From the NCBI GenBank assembly GCA_030141605.1, contig JAQGDQ010000068.1, forward strand, positions 496,001 through 560,000: 64,000 nt of DNA, given 5' to 3'. The DNA comes from Tubiluchus corallicola. Its lineage: Eukaryota; Animalia; Priapulida. Position 1 is the first letter of the stretch. The number at the start of each line of letters is the position of its first letter. The position numbers and the translations under genes are program-made. Below are positions 14,606 through 28,300 of this stretch, one piece after another. The notes under the pieces were generated by a model. That model was not told the origin of the DNA, did not search any database, and saw nothing but the letters and a program-made list of their open reading frames with translations.

Positions 14606-15000
14606 GATTGATTTTGTAATGTTAAGAAAAAATTGAGCGGCTAATTTAGAACTGGTGTGTTTCCGTGTAAATTTTATCGAATTCTGTTTTTTGCATAGCT
14701 CTCAATGCGCAATTATAAACTTGTGCCAATAAGTGAGAGTGATATTAGAGCCAAAACAGCTAGGGGGCCTAGGGCAGGATTGTAAGGGATAAAATTAAAA
14801 ATAATAAAATGATCGATTTTGCAATGTTAAGAAAAAATTATGAGCGCTAATTTATAACTGGTGCGTTTCCATGTAAATTTTATGGAATTCTGTTTTTTCC
14901 ATAGCTCTCAATGTGCAATTATAAACTTGTGCCAATGAGTGAGAGCGATATTAGAGCCAAAACAGCTAGCAGGTCCAGGGGAGGATTGTAAGGGATAAAA
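14606..15000. repeat. Tandem duplication, about 205-bp unit x2
   Basis: GATTGATTTTGTAATGTTAAG...GATTGTAAGGGATAAAA at 14606 recurs with substitutions at 14811. Confidence 0.85.
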
Positions 15001-16256
15001 ATAATGAAATTTGTACATTTTCTTCATAAGAATGCAGTACTTCATAATTGTAGCACTGATACTTACACTGCAATTGACACAGAACACAGACCGACAAGTA
15101 AAATATTATGTATAAATGCTGCCTAGTTCAGTCAGTATAATAGTTTATGAAAAAAATTAGAAAACCTTAAAAAGTAAACATGTTTGGTAAAACGTTGATA
15201 ATACATCGCTATCAAATTAAACAGGTGCTTCCTCATGCGAAATTTTAAGCCTAGTGGTTTTAAAAAGTCCAGGTGCAGTAAAGAGAGCCTACAATAACAA
15301 TTTTTGCAATCCTCAGTGCAAAATCTAACTATAAGCTAATATAAAAGGTTAACGCATAAAACTTTTTTGTCAGGACTATCATAGCTAGTATAATCCAGTT
15401 CACATGCAAGGGCTGCATTTCTAAGAACACCCTTTTTAAATTCAAACTGAAAACAAAGTTCAATTGTTGTTACTGTGTGAATCACAGATGGGATGCTATT
15501 ACTATTTCTTCGTGGACATCCCATGAAGCAATAGTCTTTAATAATAATTGGCGACTCAACCTGCCACCAAATGGTTTTAGACAATCAGAAAATAGATAAA
15601 AGTTATGCATGAAACTCTGGAAAGTACTGTACACAGTACACACCTCGGACACTCTAAAGTACTCTCACATGACGAATGTTTAAACGCAGCTTCACTAGGT
15701 CTGCTACTGTGCATGTACCATTTATGCCTACGTTGTGTGTGTTTATGACGCAAAGTAGTGGCGCAGGCGTAACAGTATCTCGGGAGATTTAAAATGAAAG
15801 GAAACTGGAATTTCTTTTAATATGAGTAGGATATGCTCCTAAGATTGCTATAAACTGATATAATTTTTGAAGGCGATGTTTCTGAAAACCACTTAAAGGC
15901 CCCTTTTCTTGTCCTTTAAGCCTTCCAAAATTCAATCAGCTGTTACAGTAACCTGCAGCACTCCCACAACGCCTCTAGCTAAATTGTAAAATCTTATACA
16001 TTTTGTTTTCTATCTGTTGGCAATCCTGCAGTCTGCACATATTGCTATGTAGTTTTTTGCGACAAATTAAGCTAATATACACTACAGTTTGCATTGCTGA
16101 TGCAATACCATCATTTGTATACAGTTAAAGTATTATGTATTCACCTGCATCTAGGCTTATTTTGGTTGCTTTTCAGTAAAGTGTTTAACATATAATGAAA
16201 AATTTTGCATAATCCTTTAAGAATTTGCTTTTATGAATTTGTAGGGTGCAAAAGCC

Positions 16257-16310
16257 ATGGATGGGAAGCCACAGACATTAAATCTTGGTGTGCCTTCCAT
16301 TGTTATCCAG
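16257..16310 (+). CDS. ELMOD3: ELMOD3 putative coding exon 1
   Basis: gccATGG Kozak context; MDGKPQTLNLGVPSIVIQ; donor gtaaca; upstream acceptor tttgtag at 16244. Confidence 0.6.
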
Positions 16311-19300
16311 GTAACAAATGTGAATCACTATTAACTGATTAATATTAGATAAATTTTGATTATCAAGTATATAACTATTCCTGAAACATTCAATCATTCA
16401 CTATCATTTATTTCTACTTTTAATTGCTACAATACATCAGTAAGATAACATAAATGGAAAGAATGTTGTTGGAGAAATGGCCACTAAGGCATAAGCTTCT
16501 ACCTTGGCAGCCACCCTTATAAAAAAGTAGCTGAAATGAGAATGAAGTGAAGTTATTAAAATAAATGGCAATAATATTACTGTTCCAATTTAATATTATT
16601 TTCCATATATTAGGAAAATATTAATTATCTTGTTTTTTTTGGTTTGCCAGTAGGAAATTACATTATTTTTACTTCACACATAACTTCACACTTTATTATA
16701 CAGACATATGATATGAGTATGTTTGCAAATCGTATTCACCAGCGAGATGTAATCAGATCTTATTAATATCATTTAAGTTATCATTTAAACGACAAAAAGA
16801 CAAAGACAAGATTTATTTACCTTTACTCATTTAACAGACAACATTAGCAATTATGGCTATTTAGCGACTTACACTTACATCAATACAGGTACGAATAACA
16901 TACACGTAGGGTGTAGGCCCTGGAGTTAGTATCCAATAGTATCAAAAATGCATGGTTGCAATCCGAAATCTAAACCACCCGGTACCTAACCCAGCACATA
17001 GAGGTACAGTAAACTTTACAGTTTGTTCAGCATTTTTGTAGTTTTAGCATACTAAAAGTCCTTATAAACAGAAGTTTATAAATAAAAATTAACATCATAA
17101 TGTAAAAAAATTGTTTAGGCCACCTCTTTTTAATAACAGTGTGTCAATGACACTAAACAGACATTCCATCTTCATTTCCAAACAATGTTGACTTTAAAAT
17201 AACTCATACTGTAGCTGTTAATCATTTGACAGTAAATCCAGCATAGAGTTTAAACGACACTTTCTACAAGAGTGAATGTACCCTTCTGTAGGGATGCACC
17301 GATTATTCGAATTACCAAACCTTTTCTCTGAATGTCAATATAAAAATCCAGTCCAGTAAGCTTCTGTTATAATCACCTAATGTTTGGTGAATCTTTGGTA
17401 TACCAAAATTACTTTTTTAATAATTGTCCCATTTGGGGGAGAATTATATTCAACAAACCGAATATTTCCCTATAGTGCTTATAAAAACTGACACCAATGT
17501 TACTTTTTTAATAATTATCCCATTCAGTGAAAATTATATTAAACATGCCGAATATTTTCCTATAATGCTTATGAAAATTTATCTGAAAAAAGCTGATGTC
17601 AAACACTTTACTATATAACGTTAAGTATTAAATACAAAATGCAGATTTACACAGCTAACTAATCACCAACTACATAACGTTAAGTATTAAATACAAAATG
17701 CAGATTTACACAACTAACTAATCACCACTAACTTAATACAATAAAACATTGAAGAGTTTATAATTCTTATAGTTCAAATAGAAATACAAGAAAATTCAGG
17801 TGAATTTTGGTAAAAAATTCTATTCGACTTCGGTCCGGCATTCCAGTTTAACTTGATATTTTATTCTGAATTCGGTTTGGCGGCATGGCTGATTATTTGA
17901 TTAAGTTTCGATTCGTTTCGGTTCGTTTGATGAAAATGTGCCTTCGGTGCACCCCTACCCTGCTGTGCATTCTAACACCTCATTAACACCTCGATTAGCT
18001 ATATTGAACTCCAGTGTTTCTAATCTTGTTGTGCATTGGCATTGGCAAGTGAAAATTATACTGTGCTGGCACTAAACATTTTGTTGAATTTCCTCAAAAT
18101 CCCACCTTAAATATGTTATAATGTACTAGCTCGAGTATGTGGTGAGTAGAAGATTTTGCAAAAAAATAGCAATTAATGTAGCATTGCTTCATATTTTATT
18201 TAGGATGCCACTCCACTGGAAGGAGATATTGAGAATCTCACTGTCGGCATGAATTCAGGTCAGAATGTGTGGCTTCTCTGTCCCTGCCTCCATCTCTGTT
18301 ACTTGATCTTCTGTACCTTTAGATGTTCCCAGACGTCGTTGTCATTATTGTCTCTTTCTTGTCTTGCTATCCTGATATATGTTGTCATTATTGTCCCTTT
18401 CTTGTCTTCTTAATAGCTATTTATTTTATCTCCACACTTTTGTATTTTTTATGGTTGCTTTTGGCATTGACTATCGAGAATCTTCAAATATGTCTTCACT
18501 GTTTCTGACAATAATCTAATGATTTGTCTAAACTTTATCACAGTTTTTTTAGTAGTATAAACTTATAGCACCTGTATGATTTTGAGTATCTTATTTTAAG
18601 GAGTGAAGCCACTCTAGATTTAAAATTTTCCCTGGTTTTTTCACTAGACATCCAGCTTCTGTTTCTCTATGGTACTGGTCAATTATGGAACTATAATTCA
18701 GAAACCAGCATTTAGAACTATGCATAAAATTTACAAAATTTTTCTAATATTACTAATGTAATATTTTGAACCTGTGAGTTTTACGTTGCCAAATTTTGTT
18801 GATAATTTTTTTATGGCATTCAGTAATAAATATTTCGCAATTTGACATATAACTAGATGTATTAAATTGCCAACTTTTGTTGATAATTTTTTATGATTTT
18901 TTAACATTTAGTAAAAGAAATTGCTAATTATGAAATTCTATTTTGAGTTTATTTCCATGCCAATCCTTTATAAATACTCGCATATTCTTAATCACATCAA
19001 CATTGTTTGTACCATCCTAATGAGCTAGATCAAGTTACAATTAGTGTTGTATATTTAGATAACATGTATTTCTGTTACGTGTATACCTGTTACAGGCAAA
19101 ATTTAGACATTTTATAAAATTCCTAGGCATTTCATGTAACACCTGTACATTTCAAGAAAAGTGCGAAATGAGTGTTTTTGCTGCAGCACTTTCATACTTT
19201 ACTTAGACGTTTTGTATAATAGCTAGAATCTGTTTGTAATGAGTAAAATGGCTTTGGCATTATAAAGTGAACAATTCTTGATGAACCTGACTTTGCCTAG

Positions 19301-22300
19301 ATATTAAATTACCTAGGCAGTATGCAGTATATAACATTCATTTAATAGTCTTATTATTAGTCAGTGTATTAAATTAAGCTAAGAACTTAAGTAACCCAGA
19401 GAGTTAATTGTTTTATTCACAATGGATGGAATTTCAGTGTCTCTGACACTTCTCAGCCAGGTAGAGTATCTGTACTCTGTATCTAACAAGCCTGCTCTCT
19501 AACAAATGCACTTGAAAAATATGGAGCATCGAATTGGTGCAACTTGCATGGTCTTTGCCCAAACTTGCAAAATACGAGTCTTGAACAGCACAGATTTAAA
19601 CCCAGAAATGGAACTCGTGGACTATCAAGCTGTCGTCATTTTAATCTTGCTCTGTAGCTGTTAAATTTTGACTCGTTATCGTCTTGACATCAAAAAGCTT
19701 GAATGTGTGCTCCAAGAAAAGTTTTGCCCATGCTGAACATTAGATGTGTTAGTACATTTCCAGCATCATCATCCTCAAAAGAGCAAACAGCCAAAGCATC
19801 GTGTCCACCATCATGAAATACTGTTTTCATCTGTCAGGAGAATATGTGGGAGTCCACTCCTCAAATTCTCTTCAGCAAATTCACAACTGACCCATAACCA
19901 CAAGTACAACCCTGATAATATCCTCTTCGCCACTGTAAAGATAAATTGAAATTCATGCTCAAACAAACTGAATCATCAAAGTCAAACATTTGAAAACGTT
20001 CGAAATGCCAGGAGCGTTCCTAAAGGTGTTGGACTATTCACAAGTGAAGGCCAGCATTTCGAATCCAAAAGGAAGAAGAGAGAAGAACCATAACGTCAGC
20101 ACAAGAGTCGACAAGCTTAAGCCCCAGTCTGGGTCTATCGACTTTCAAATGTCATCTCTGTCGTTACGTGTTTCATGCAAGAATTGGTCTCCTGAGTCAT
20201 CAGTATCACCCCCTCAGAAGAGGAATGACATTGCGAGGAATTTAAATTCTCAAACAGGACAAAAGGCGAACATATTTACCACAGTAATTTGCCAGTATAT
20301 TGAAACACGTGCTTTCCCTAAACGAAAATTGACCTCCTACAAAATGCCTAAGAAAATTATGTCAGAAATTTTGACTACTTGTTTTTTTATTACATTACCT
20401 AAAATTTATTTGACATTTCATAAAATGTCTAGGAAAAGTAGCTACATTCAAAATCTAAGAATTACACACTTTGTTAATTATACTTTTGCATTATATATAA
20501 TGCCTAGGAAAAGTGTAGAAGAAATTATTTTTGACAGTTTTTGCTTTGGCACTCCATAAAATGCTAGGCATTCTACAGAACGTTGTTTTCTACCTGTAAC
20601 ACATACATGTAAAACTCGCTTAAAACACTGTATTTTGAAAGTTTACTTGCAACTGTTTAAACAGATTGTATCAGTTTTTAAAGTTTTATAGAGTTATTCG
20701 TTTATTCTTAAGACTATTCTGTTCCATTTTGCTATATACACTCCATTGCATTGCACTTAAATTTTGGAACTAAAATCTGTCAGTCTTGTGGTATTCCAAA
20801 CATTGTGTAACTACTCTGAAAAAGATTCCTCCAACATTTTGACAGAATGTCAGCATAGTTGCATTGTGCAGCAAAATTGTTACAAGTATATTTATACATC
20901 TATACATGTAGAATAGACCTAAGCTTATATGTTTGTGTTTTCAGAGGATGAAAGTATCGATAACCCCGAAAATGCCAGTGAGGAGTTTGAAAATGGTGAT
21001 CTAGTCAAAAACACTTCCTCAGATTGTGGACAAAATACAGATATACAAGACATGGTGTCCAAACATTCTAAAGAACAGTTTAAGGACCAAAGTGTAAATG
21101 CTAGTGTTGATGTCAATAATACAGAAGCAGCAAAAGAAACGACTCCTGCTGATTATGCTGCAGCTCAATCAGAATGGGAAAATGTTGAAACCGTTACACC
21201 AGGTTTGTGGCACGTACATGTAACCTATTGTAAAATGTTTGTTAACTACAGTAGACAAGTGTCATATTGTAGCAGGCCTGCAGCTGCAGTTAGTGTTGCT
21301 TAAAGGTAACAATATCTCTTGAAAGGAGTTGTTTATAATGCAACGACTATAAAATCTTATTGATTTATTTGCAAGATAATGAGGTATCTCTAAGTAGATG
21401 CCAGATCTAGCTTACCTGCAAACTTTCAGCCATGCAGATTTCAAGACCTGACCATTTTTACATATACAGTCACATTAGTAACATGAAATTCTTTTATTGG
21501 TAAAATTAAGGCTTCTCAAGTGTGACAACTTCTACATTGTTATCAACAGTGCCTATAAATTTTACGTGCAAAGAATGTACAAAGAGTTTAACAGGGAAAA
21601 ACTTTTTATTCGGTGCTGTAAAATTTCACTTCATTCAACTGTTACTATAACGTTTGTATAACAAAGTTGGTATAGCCTTATGATTATTCAATATTCATCA
21701 AGTTCCATTAAGGCCTGTGTTGCAACCACTCACCTTTGAACTTTATAAAAAAAAGATATAATCTTCACTTACAAAAATAAGTAGCACCATCTCCATTGAA
21801 ACAGAAAGTGCCCAAGCCAATTTGAAACACTATTTTATCACAAGATTCACTAGAAGATATGTAAATCTTTGCTTTACAACAATAATTTAAAGCATGTAGG
21901 TTATTCTATTAAATTTATTAGTCATTGAAAATATGTATGTGAGTAACCATGCTTTTAGCAAAATATGGTAATGACACAAGTTACAATAAGACATGCCTAC
22001 AAAACAAGAAGAAGACAGTAGGAGGGTTGTTAAGCAATTTGAGCATAGTAGCTCAGGAAAAATTAAAATAGTAATTCCATTAAGGGATATATCAGCTGTA
22101 AGAACTGCAATAATGTCAGTAACAGTGATAATGCCAGTGTAAGAAAGAAACTTGCCCAATCGTGTTGCTAACATTTGATAACACTCGTAATTGATTTAAT
22201 AAATGCAACAAAGTTAAAGATTGTTGCTAACATTTGCTAGCACTCGTAATTTTTTTAATAAAAAGAACAAATTTTATGGCATAAAGCATACAATATTTGC

Positions 22301-25300
22301 TGTTGTGGAGGGCTGCTAATTTCATCAAAATATGATTGACGTGTTTCCTGGAGAATTTGAAGCTCTCTATAATATAGTGGGATATGACAAATGTGACATG
22401 AATGTAATTATCTGTAATATTGACTATTTGACAATACTAGCTGTGATGAATAGATCGGGTTCTCTGTAGATGAAATTTCTTGGGGGATTTCATTTAAGCC
22501 AGCCTAATGAGAGTGACAAAAGCTCTAGCCTTTGCCCTGATAGCATTATTAGTGGTCCAGCTTCCCTCTATATATATATATATATATGCCAAGACATGTA
22601 TATGTAATGAAATTCGCTGCTCGGGGCTTTACTTAAGATAGCCGTCGTATAAAAACAAATTGCTAAAATCATAATAATGAAGGCCAACAAACATCAATTT
22701 GCATAGCTTCATGTGTTTGTTACATTGTCTCTTGCTTAATACCCTAATTACCCTTGTATCAAGCATTTTTAAATGTTGCTGTTTTGTCTTTTTCGTGGCG
22801 ATTTTGTTTATTTTGTTAAGTTTCATTTATTATTCTACAAGTTCACTTGGAAATATATATATATTCATCTAATTACATGAGCACTGTTTAACTGTTTGAT
22901 GAGCTATAGGATATGTTCTAACATTTTTTTTTATTTTGTAATGTAATCCTTATTCCAAAAGACAAAATTCTTGTATCTTGGTAAAATATTTGATTGGCTT
23001 TATCTTGCAGAAATACATTGACTGCATTTGCACATCAGATTTCCGCTTTGGTTTCAAATCTCCTGTCTCTACCACTACATGTATGTCTGTCATAAAAGAA
23101 ACGATGCTTATTAATAATATGTATAACACTAATTGTGCATGTGTAAGCTATTTAATATACGTATTGCTTAGAATACACTGAAATGGTTGCACCTCTAGAG
23201 CACCTGTTAATTTATACCTTAAGCAATGTGTAATGAGGTGATCACAAGTCCCAAGAATTTTCTGTATGTAATGGATTATGGCAAATAGAGGGGTTGTTCT
23301 TTTTCCAGTTTTGTTCACAATTGGTATGGTTGGTCGTTTTCACGCATGTGTTGCTGTTTCTGGCTATAAGATTGGGGACACAAGTGCTGTCAAGCTGCAC
23401 TGATGATTTAACTTTTTAACGCTCTGTGTTTAACACGTGTGAGGGCATTGTAAAAAATTTGCTATAAATTTTGAAAACATTCAAGGAAACAAAAGCAAGT
23501 GTGTTGGATATTAAAATAAAAAACACGTTTCAAAAAATGTGGTGGTTGAAGTTAGCAATAACAGCTAGTTTGAAACGATGAAGACAATTTTAATAAATTA
23601 TTTTCATGACTGCCTATACTACATGAATCTTTTAATCATGTATTCAAATCGGACTGATCAATATAATAGAGATATACTTGCAATTGACCTTCTAATATTT
23701 AGCCACATCAAATTAATCTTGCAAATAGATTCAGGATTCGTGTTGCTTAACAACCTTCACTAAATTCAGCTGCTCAGCATGGTCTAATGAGTAGTGTACT
23801 GGATATTTTCATTCCCAGCTCAGGCACTTCATTCCAGAAATTGTTTTATTGTCTTAAACTTATGCGTTACGACGTGCGTGTCAGATTGTAAATATTATTC
23901 GTTATGACACACTTTGAAATTTGAATCTCTCGTGGGATTACATTGCATACAACTACTTTCTTTTCTTTTTTCTTTTCATCTCAATAACATATGACTTTGA
24001 AAAATGAATGTAAAAATCCACAGTTTGCCTGACAAGCACATGCAAATAATGAAAAATAATAGCTTTCCCACCATTAACCACCTTGTGTATTCTGTGTGGA
24101 CACTTAGACAGATTTTGTGGTATACATTACTGGCTAATGCACGATCTCTAAAAGCCAAGACATGTACATGCTATGAGATTTGCTGCTTTGGGCTTTACGT
24201 AACATGGCCGTCGTATAAAAAACAAATTGCTAAAATCAAAATGCTCTGCTACAAAATAATGAAGACGAACAAAGATCAATTTGCACAGCTCATGTGTTCG
24301 TTGCAAGGTCTCTTGCTTAATACTCTTGCTATCAAGCATTTTAAATGTAATTTTATCTTTTTGTGTGCTGGTGATTATATTTATTTTGCTAAGTTTGCTA
24401 CATAAAGAAAATTCACTTCATAATACTTTCAAGTTTGATTTGCTTCTTGCACAAGTTTGCTGTTTATGTTTATCGATCATGGTCATCGCAACACATGGTA
24501 AAGTAGCTACAGTAAGCAATAAAACTCTAGTAGTTATCTGCTTAGTCTAATTTGTTTGATGAATCCACTGTATATTTTAAATCATTAATTAGGGAATATT
24601 GAAATGCTGAGCACGTGTTTGGGGTGGAACAGGGATATGTAAAAAGCAAAGCCATATTATCAGACGAAACCATTATTGGTATGGCATAGGATATTGGATA
24701 ATACTACAGTGGTATTGTAGTACGTAGTATAAAATGATGCAGCACCGGTTTTTTTCATTGTAAAACATTAATGGGTAACCCAAATGATTTCAGAACTGCG
24801 GTGAGTGATTCTGCAGCTGGTCATGGCTGATCATATATAGGAATAAGGCTCCCATCAAGGGATTAGTTCCTGTAACATCCACTAAACTTCTCTAGATGTG
24901 TTTCAAATATGCTGTAAAGAATAGAAACTAATTTTGGCCCCTGTTATACACAGAAAATGCTTTCTTGGAGTGCCAGGCTGTTTCATTAGGTCAAGTATGA
25001 GTCATGAGTTATGCATACCCAATTAATTAACCTATGACAACAGGCACGGGAGGGGGGAGCAGATAATCAAAAATGTGATATTCCCTAAAAGGACACAGTC
25101 TTTCCACTTAACATTTGATGCTACTCTATTAACTGTCAATTGTGGCTTTTAGCCTTTCCCACTAATTGTTGTTCATAAAGCAAATTCTTTAAGACATTAA
25201 ATAATTTAACACTGGCAAGCAAGGTCAGACCACCTCAGTTCAGTTCAGAAAGCAAAACAGTCAATAACTCACAAGGATAACTGCCAGTTTGTTTTGAATT

Positions 25301-28300
25301 GGAAAGTACTAACGTTTTTTATGCAGTATCTGAAGTCATTTTATTCTGTACAATCTGCATTTTAGGTAATTTTTTCATTAAGGCAGCTGACAGTGTTTGG
25401 TTGGCTATTTTGGCAGTTTACAGAAAGCATTGATTAGTAATGTCCAGGTTAGTATTATTTAGGGGATTTTTGTTTGATAAAATAATGCTAAATAAAGTCA
25501 CTGTTGAGCGGGATTCGGTAAACCTACACATGTATTATAAGAACGCCCACAAATATTATTTTTCTAAATGTAGCCTATATAGATATAAATGTCACAATTT
25601 ATTGAAAGGATATCTTGTTTAAAGCATTTCATTTTTTCCTGCTCGGCCAACTCAAGGGGTTTCCTTACTTGCGAGCGCCTTTCCCTTACAATACAAAGTA
25701 GCGGACTACAGTCTGTGGGCTTTATCAGGTTTGGTTCAAAAGAGCTTTGCCTGATCAATACTCAGTTGATTATTATCCTGCGGTGTTAAACGAAGTCGCA
25801 TCGCAGTTAATTTAAAGAGTAGCTTAATCTATTCACCTCAGAGTCTGAGATAAAGCGCCCTCAGTTAACTGATAATCACACGCAGAATTGATTAGTCCAT
25901 TTAATTCTTAGGTAAATAATAGCGTCAGAATCCATGGGCTAATAGCAATTACAATGCAAGTTTGATAAATGAAATGATTAAAAGTATTAATTACTTGGTT
26001 CTTGCAATAGTATTAATGTGACATACTTTGATATGCTTTTAACACGATACAAGACGGGATACAGCACTCAATACTAGGGCCTATTTTTACTGTTGTATAG
26101 ATGTGGCGGGACCAGATCTAGGTAATTCTCCAGGATGATCCTCTCTAATGAGACACTTAATGGGCAGAGAAGTTTCAGTAATGTTCTAATGCAATGACAT
26201 CCGTTCTGAACGAAAAATAACTTAGTCGTAAGCAGTATTTCACACAAAACTATCAAGGAATATTTTTTCTCCTGGTTATTCACCCATTTACTATTCATGT
26301 CCAATCATTGTTACTAGACAGAAAGTCGCGGATGAAACAAAACGAACTACTGGAACGAGTATATCAGTAGCAGTAATGTTCTGTTTGCAGATCTATCACA
26401 ACTAGAGACCAGATATGTTTGCACACCTAATGTTACACCTTCTGACTCTTTTTACCTGCCACAGTGAACTCTAATAGAAAAGTAACTAGGCTAACTAGTA
26501 GCCACTGGTTAAATTTGCGCCTCAAGCTTAAATTGCACACCTATAAGAGTCTTTTATAAGGTACTATCTAGCGACGCAGAATAATTTTGCAGTATAGCTT
26601 ATGTGTTAATTACTTGAGTCGTGGCTTTCTCTGTTTCCACGAGTCCAGTTTTTGGCAGGGCAACGATTGATTATCCACAAGTGATATTGATTAAACAGTT
26701 CCTGCCTGTTTTATTCCGTTGTTATTAACGCCACCCCTACTGTATAGTAATAGTTTAGCAAGTTCATGTCTGCTTGAATCCCTCTTGTAATTGAATATAT
26801 GTGCGCATATATACGTACTCAATGCCTTTACCGCAAAAAGTAATTTATTCTCAGTAAATCACCTTTACAAAGCCATTGTTAATGCTGTATACGCGACGAC
26901 GGTATCTGTAACTAATATGGAAACGTCACGACTGGTTACAGACGTTTTGGACACAAGATTTTAGACACAGGCTACTTTGAGACAAACGTTTTGGTCACAG
27001 ACAGTTTTGGACGTATAGGTTATTTAGATACCGGCATTTTCGACACATAGGCACAGGCAGCTTCGGCAGATAGGTATTTAGACATATAGGCCATTCAGAC
27101 ACTAGGTGTTCTGGACACATAGGACCACAAAGTAGTTTGGGCACATAAGTTATTTGGACACATATTTTTCTTTTGGATCAAATTCTTGTTCTAGCTACCT
27201 CGAACCCATTTCTTTACCAGTAACTGCAGGCTATTGGTCAAAATAATAAATATTAACATGTGCATTTTCGTAGTATGCGGATATCTGCATCCGGTGCCGG
27301 TTCTGCGGCGATTACGGTAACTGCGGCAGATACGATTGATACGATAGGGCAGTGGGCAGACACGGCGCAGTTTCTAGCCGTTCCTTTTGCACGCTAATTA
27401 AATTGGGAAAAAACACTCAAGTGTGATAATAATATATTATAGACTAACCGGTTTGGATATTAATTAAGATAAAATGGTGAACATTAGAAAAAAAAATTGG
27501 GAGTTTTTCTTTACAAATTGTTAAAACGGGCAATAATTTTTTTCTTGAAATGGGTTTGTTGCGAGGCAACCTCCAAAAATGAAACACGCCTTACGTGAAC
27601 AAAGTTTGTTTTATGCCGGTACGGTTCATTTTTCTTGTTAAAAACATTTTAGTTCGCACAGTTTGACATGTGATTAAGAATTGTGCTTGACTAATCACTG
27701 TCGCCTCTGGTATGAATAAATTTCGGCATTATCGCTGTAGCTGACGTCGCCTCATCACGATATCTGCAAGCATAGCTTCCTTGAAAACAATGTGCTTGGT
27801 TAGTTTTTTGAGAACTAATCAACTCGCATTCACTAGTCGATCATAGCACAATAAACAACTCATTTATATGTCCCCAAAATGGTTATGGTCACTCCTAAAT
27901 GCGTTTCCTATGGAGTAATCCTATGGTCACTCCTAAATGTGTGTGTTTGTGCGTTAAAGGATCAAAGTCATACAGACTTGTAGTAGGTCTTGTACTCTTC
28001 TACAGGTTATGTTGTTTGAATTTCTTACAACAGAGTAGGGAGCTTCAGTGAACAAAGCTTCAATGCTTTCTTGCTCAAATTGGCATTGTCAACATGTTGG
28101 CATACTTTGTTTCTGTCATCAAACACATGCAATAGAAATGGCAAATCAGCACAAAACTGTATTCTTTTGATTAACTATTTAGCTTTAAATTATCGTAGAG
28201 ACTCTCAAAACGTGTCAAAAAGTTTTGGGGTGAGGCGCCCCTGTGTCGAAATGTCTGCTCACTTGTCTGGGCTCAGCTACATGTTATATTAACTGGTTAT

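Noticed and set aside
19990-20559. 189-aa ORF in ELMOD3 intron 2
   Set aside because: Non-ATG start, no recognisable domain, and it lies inside a decayed TIR element
26935-27165. CRISPR-like repeat array
   Set aside because: Units are short and degenerate with no unique spacers; eukaryotic context and no cas genes
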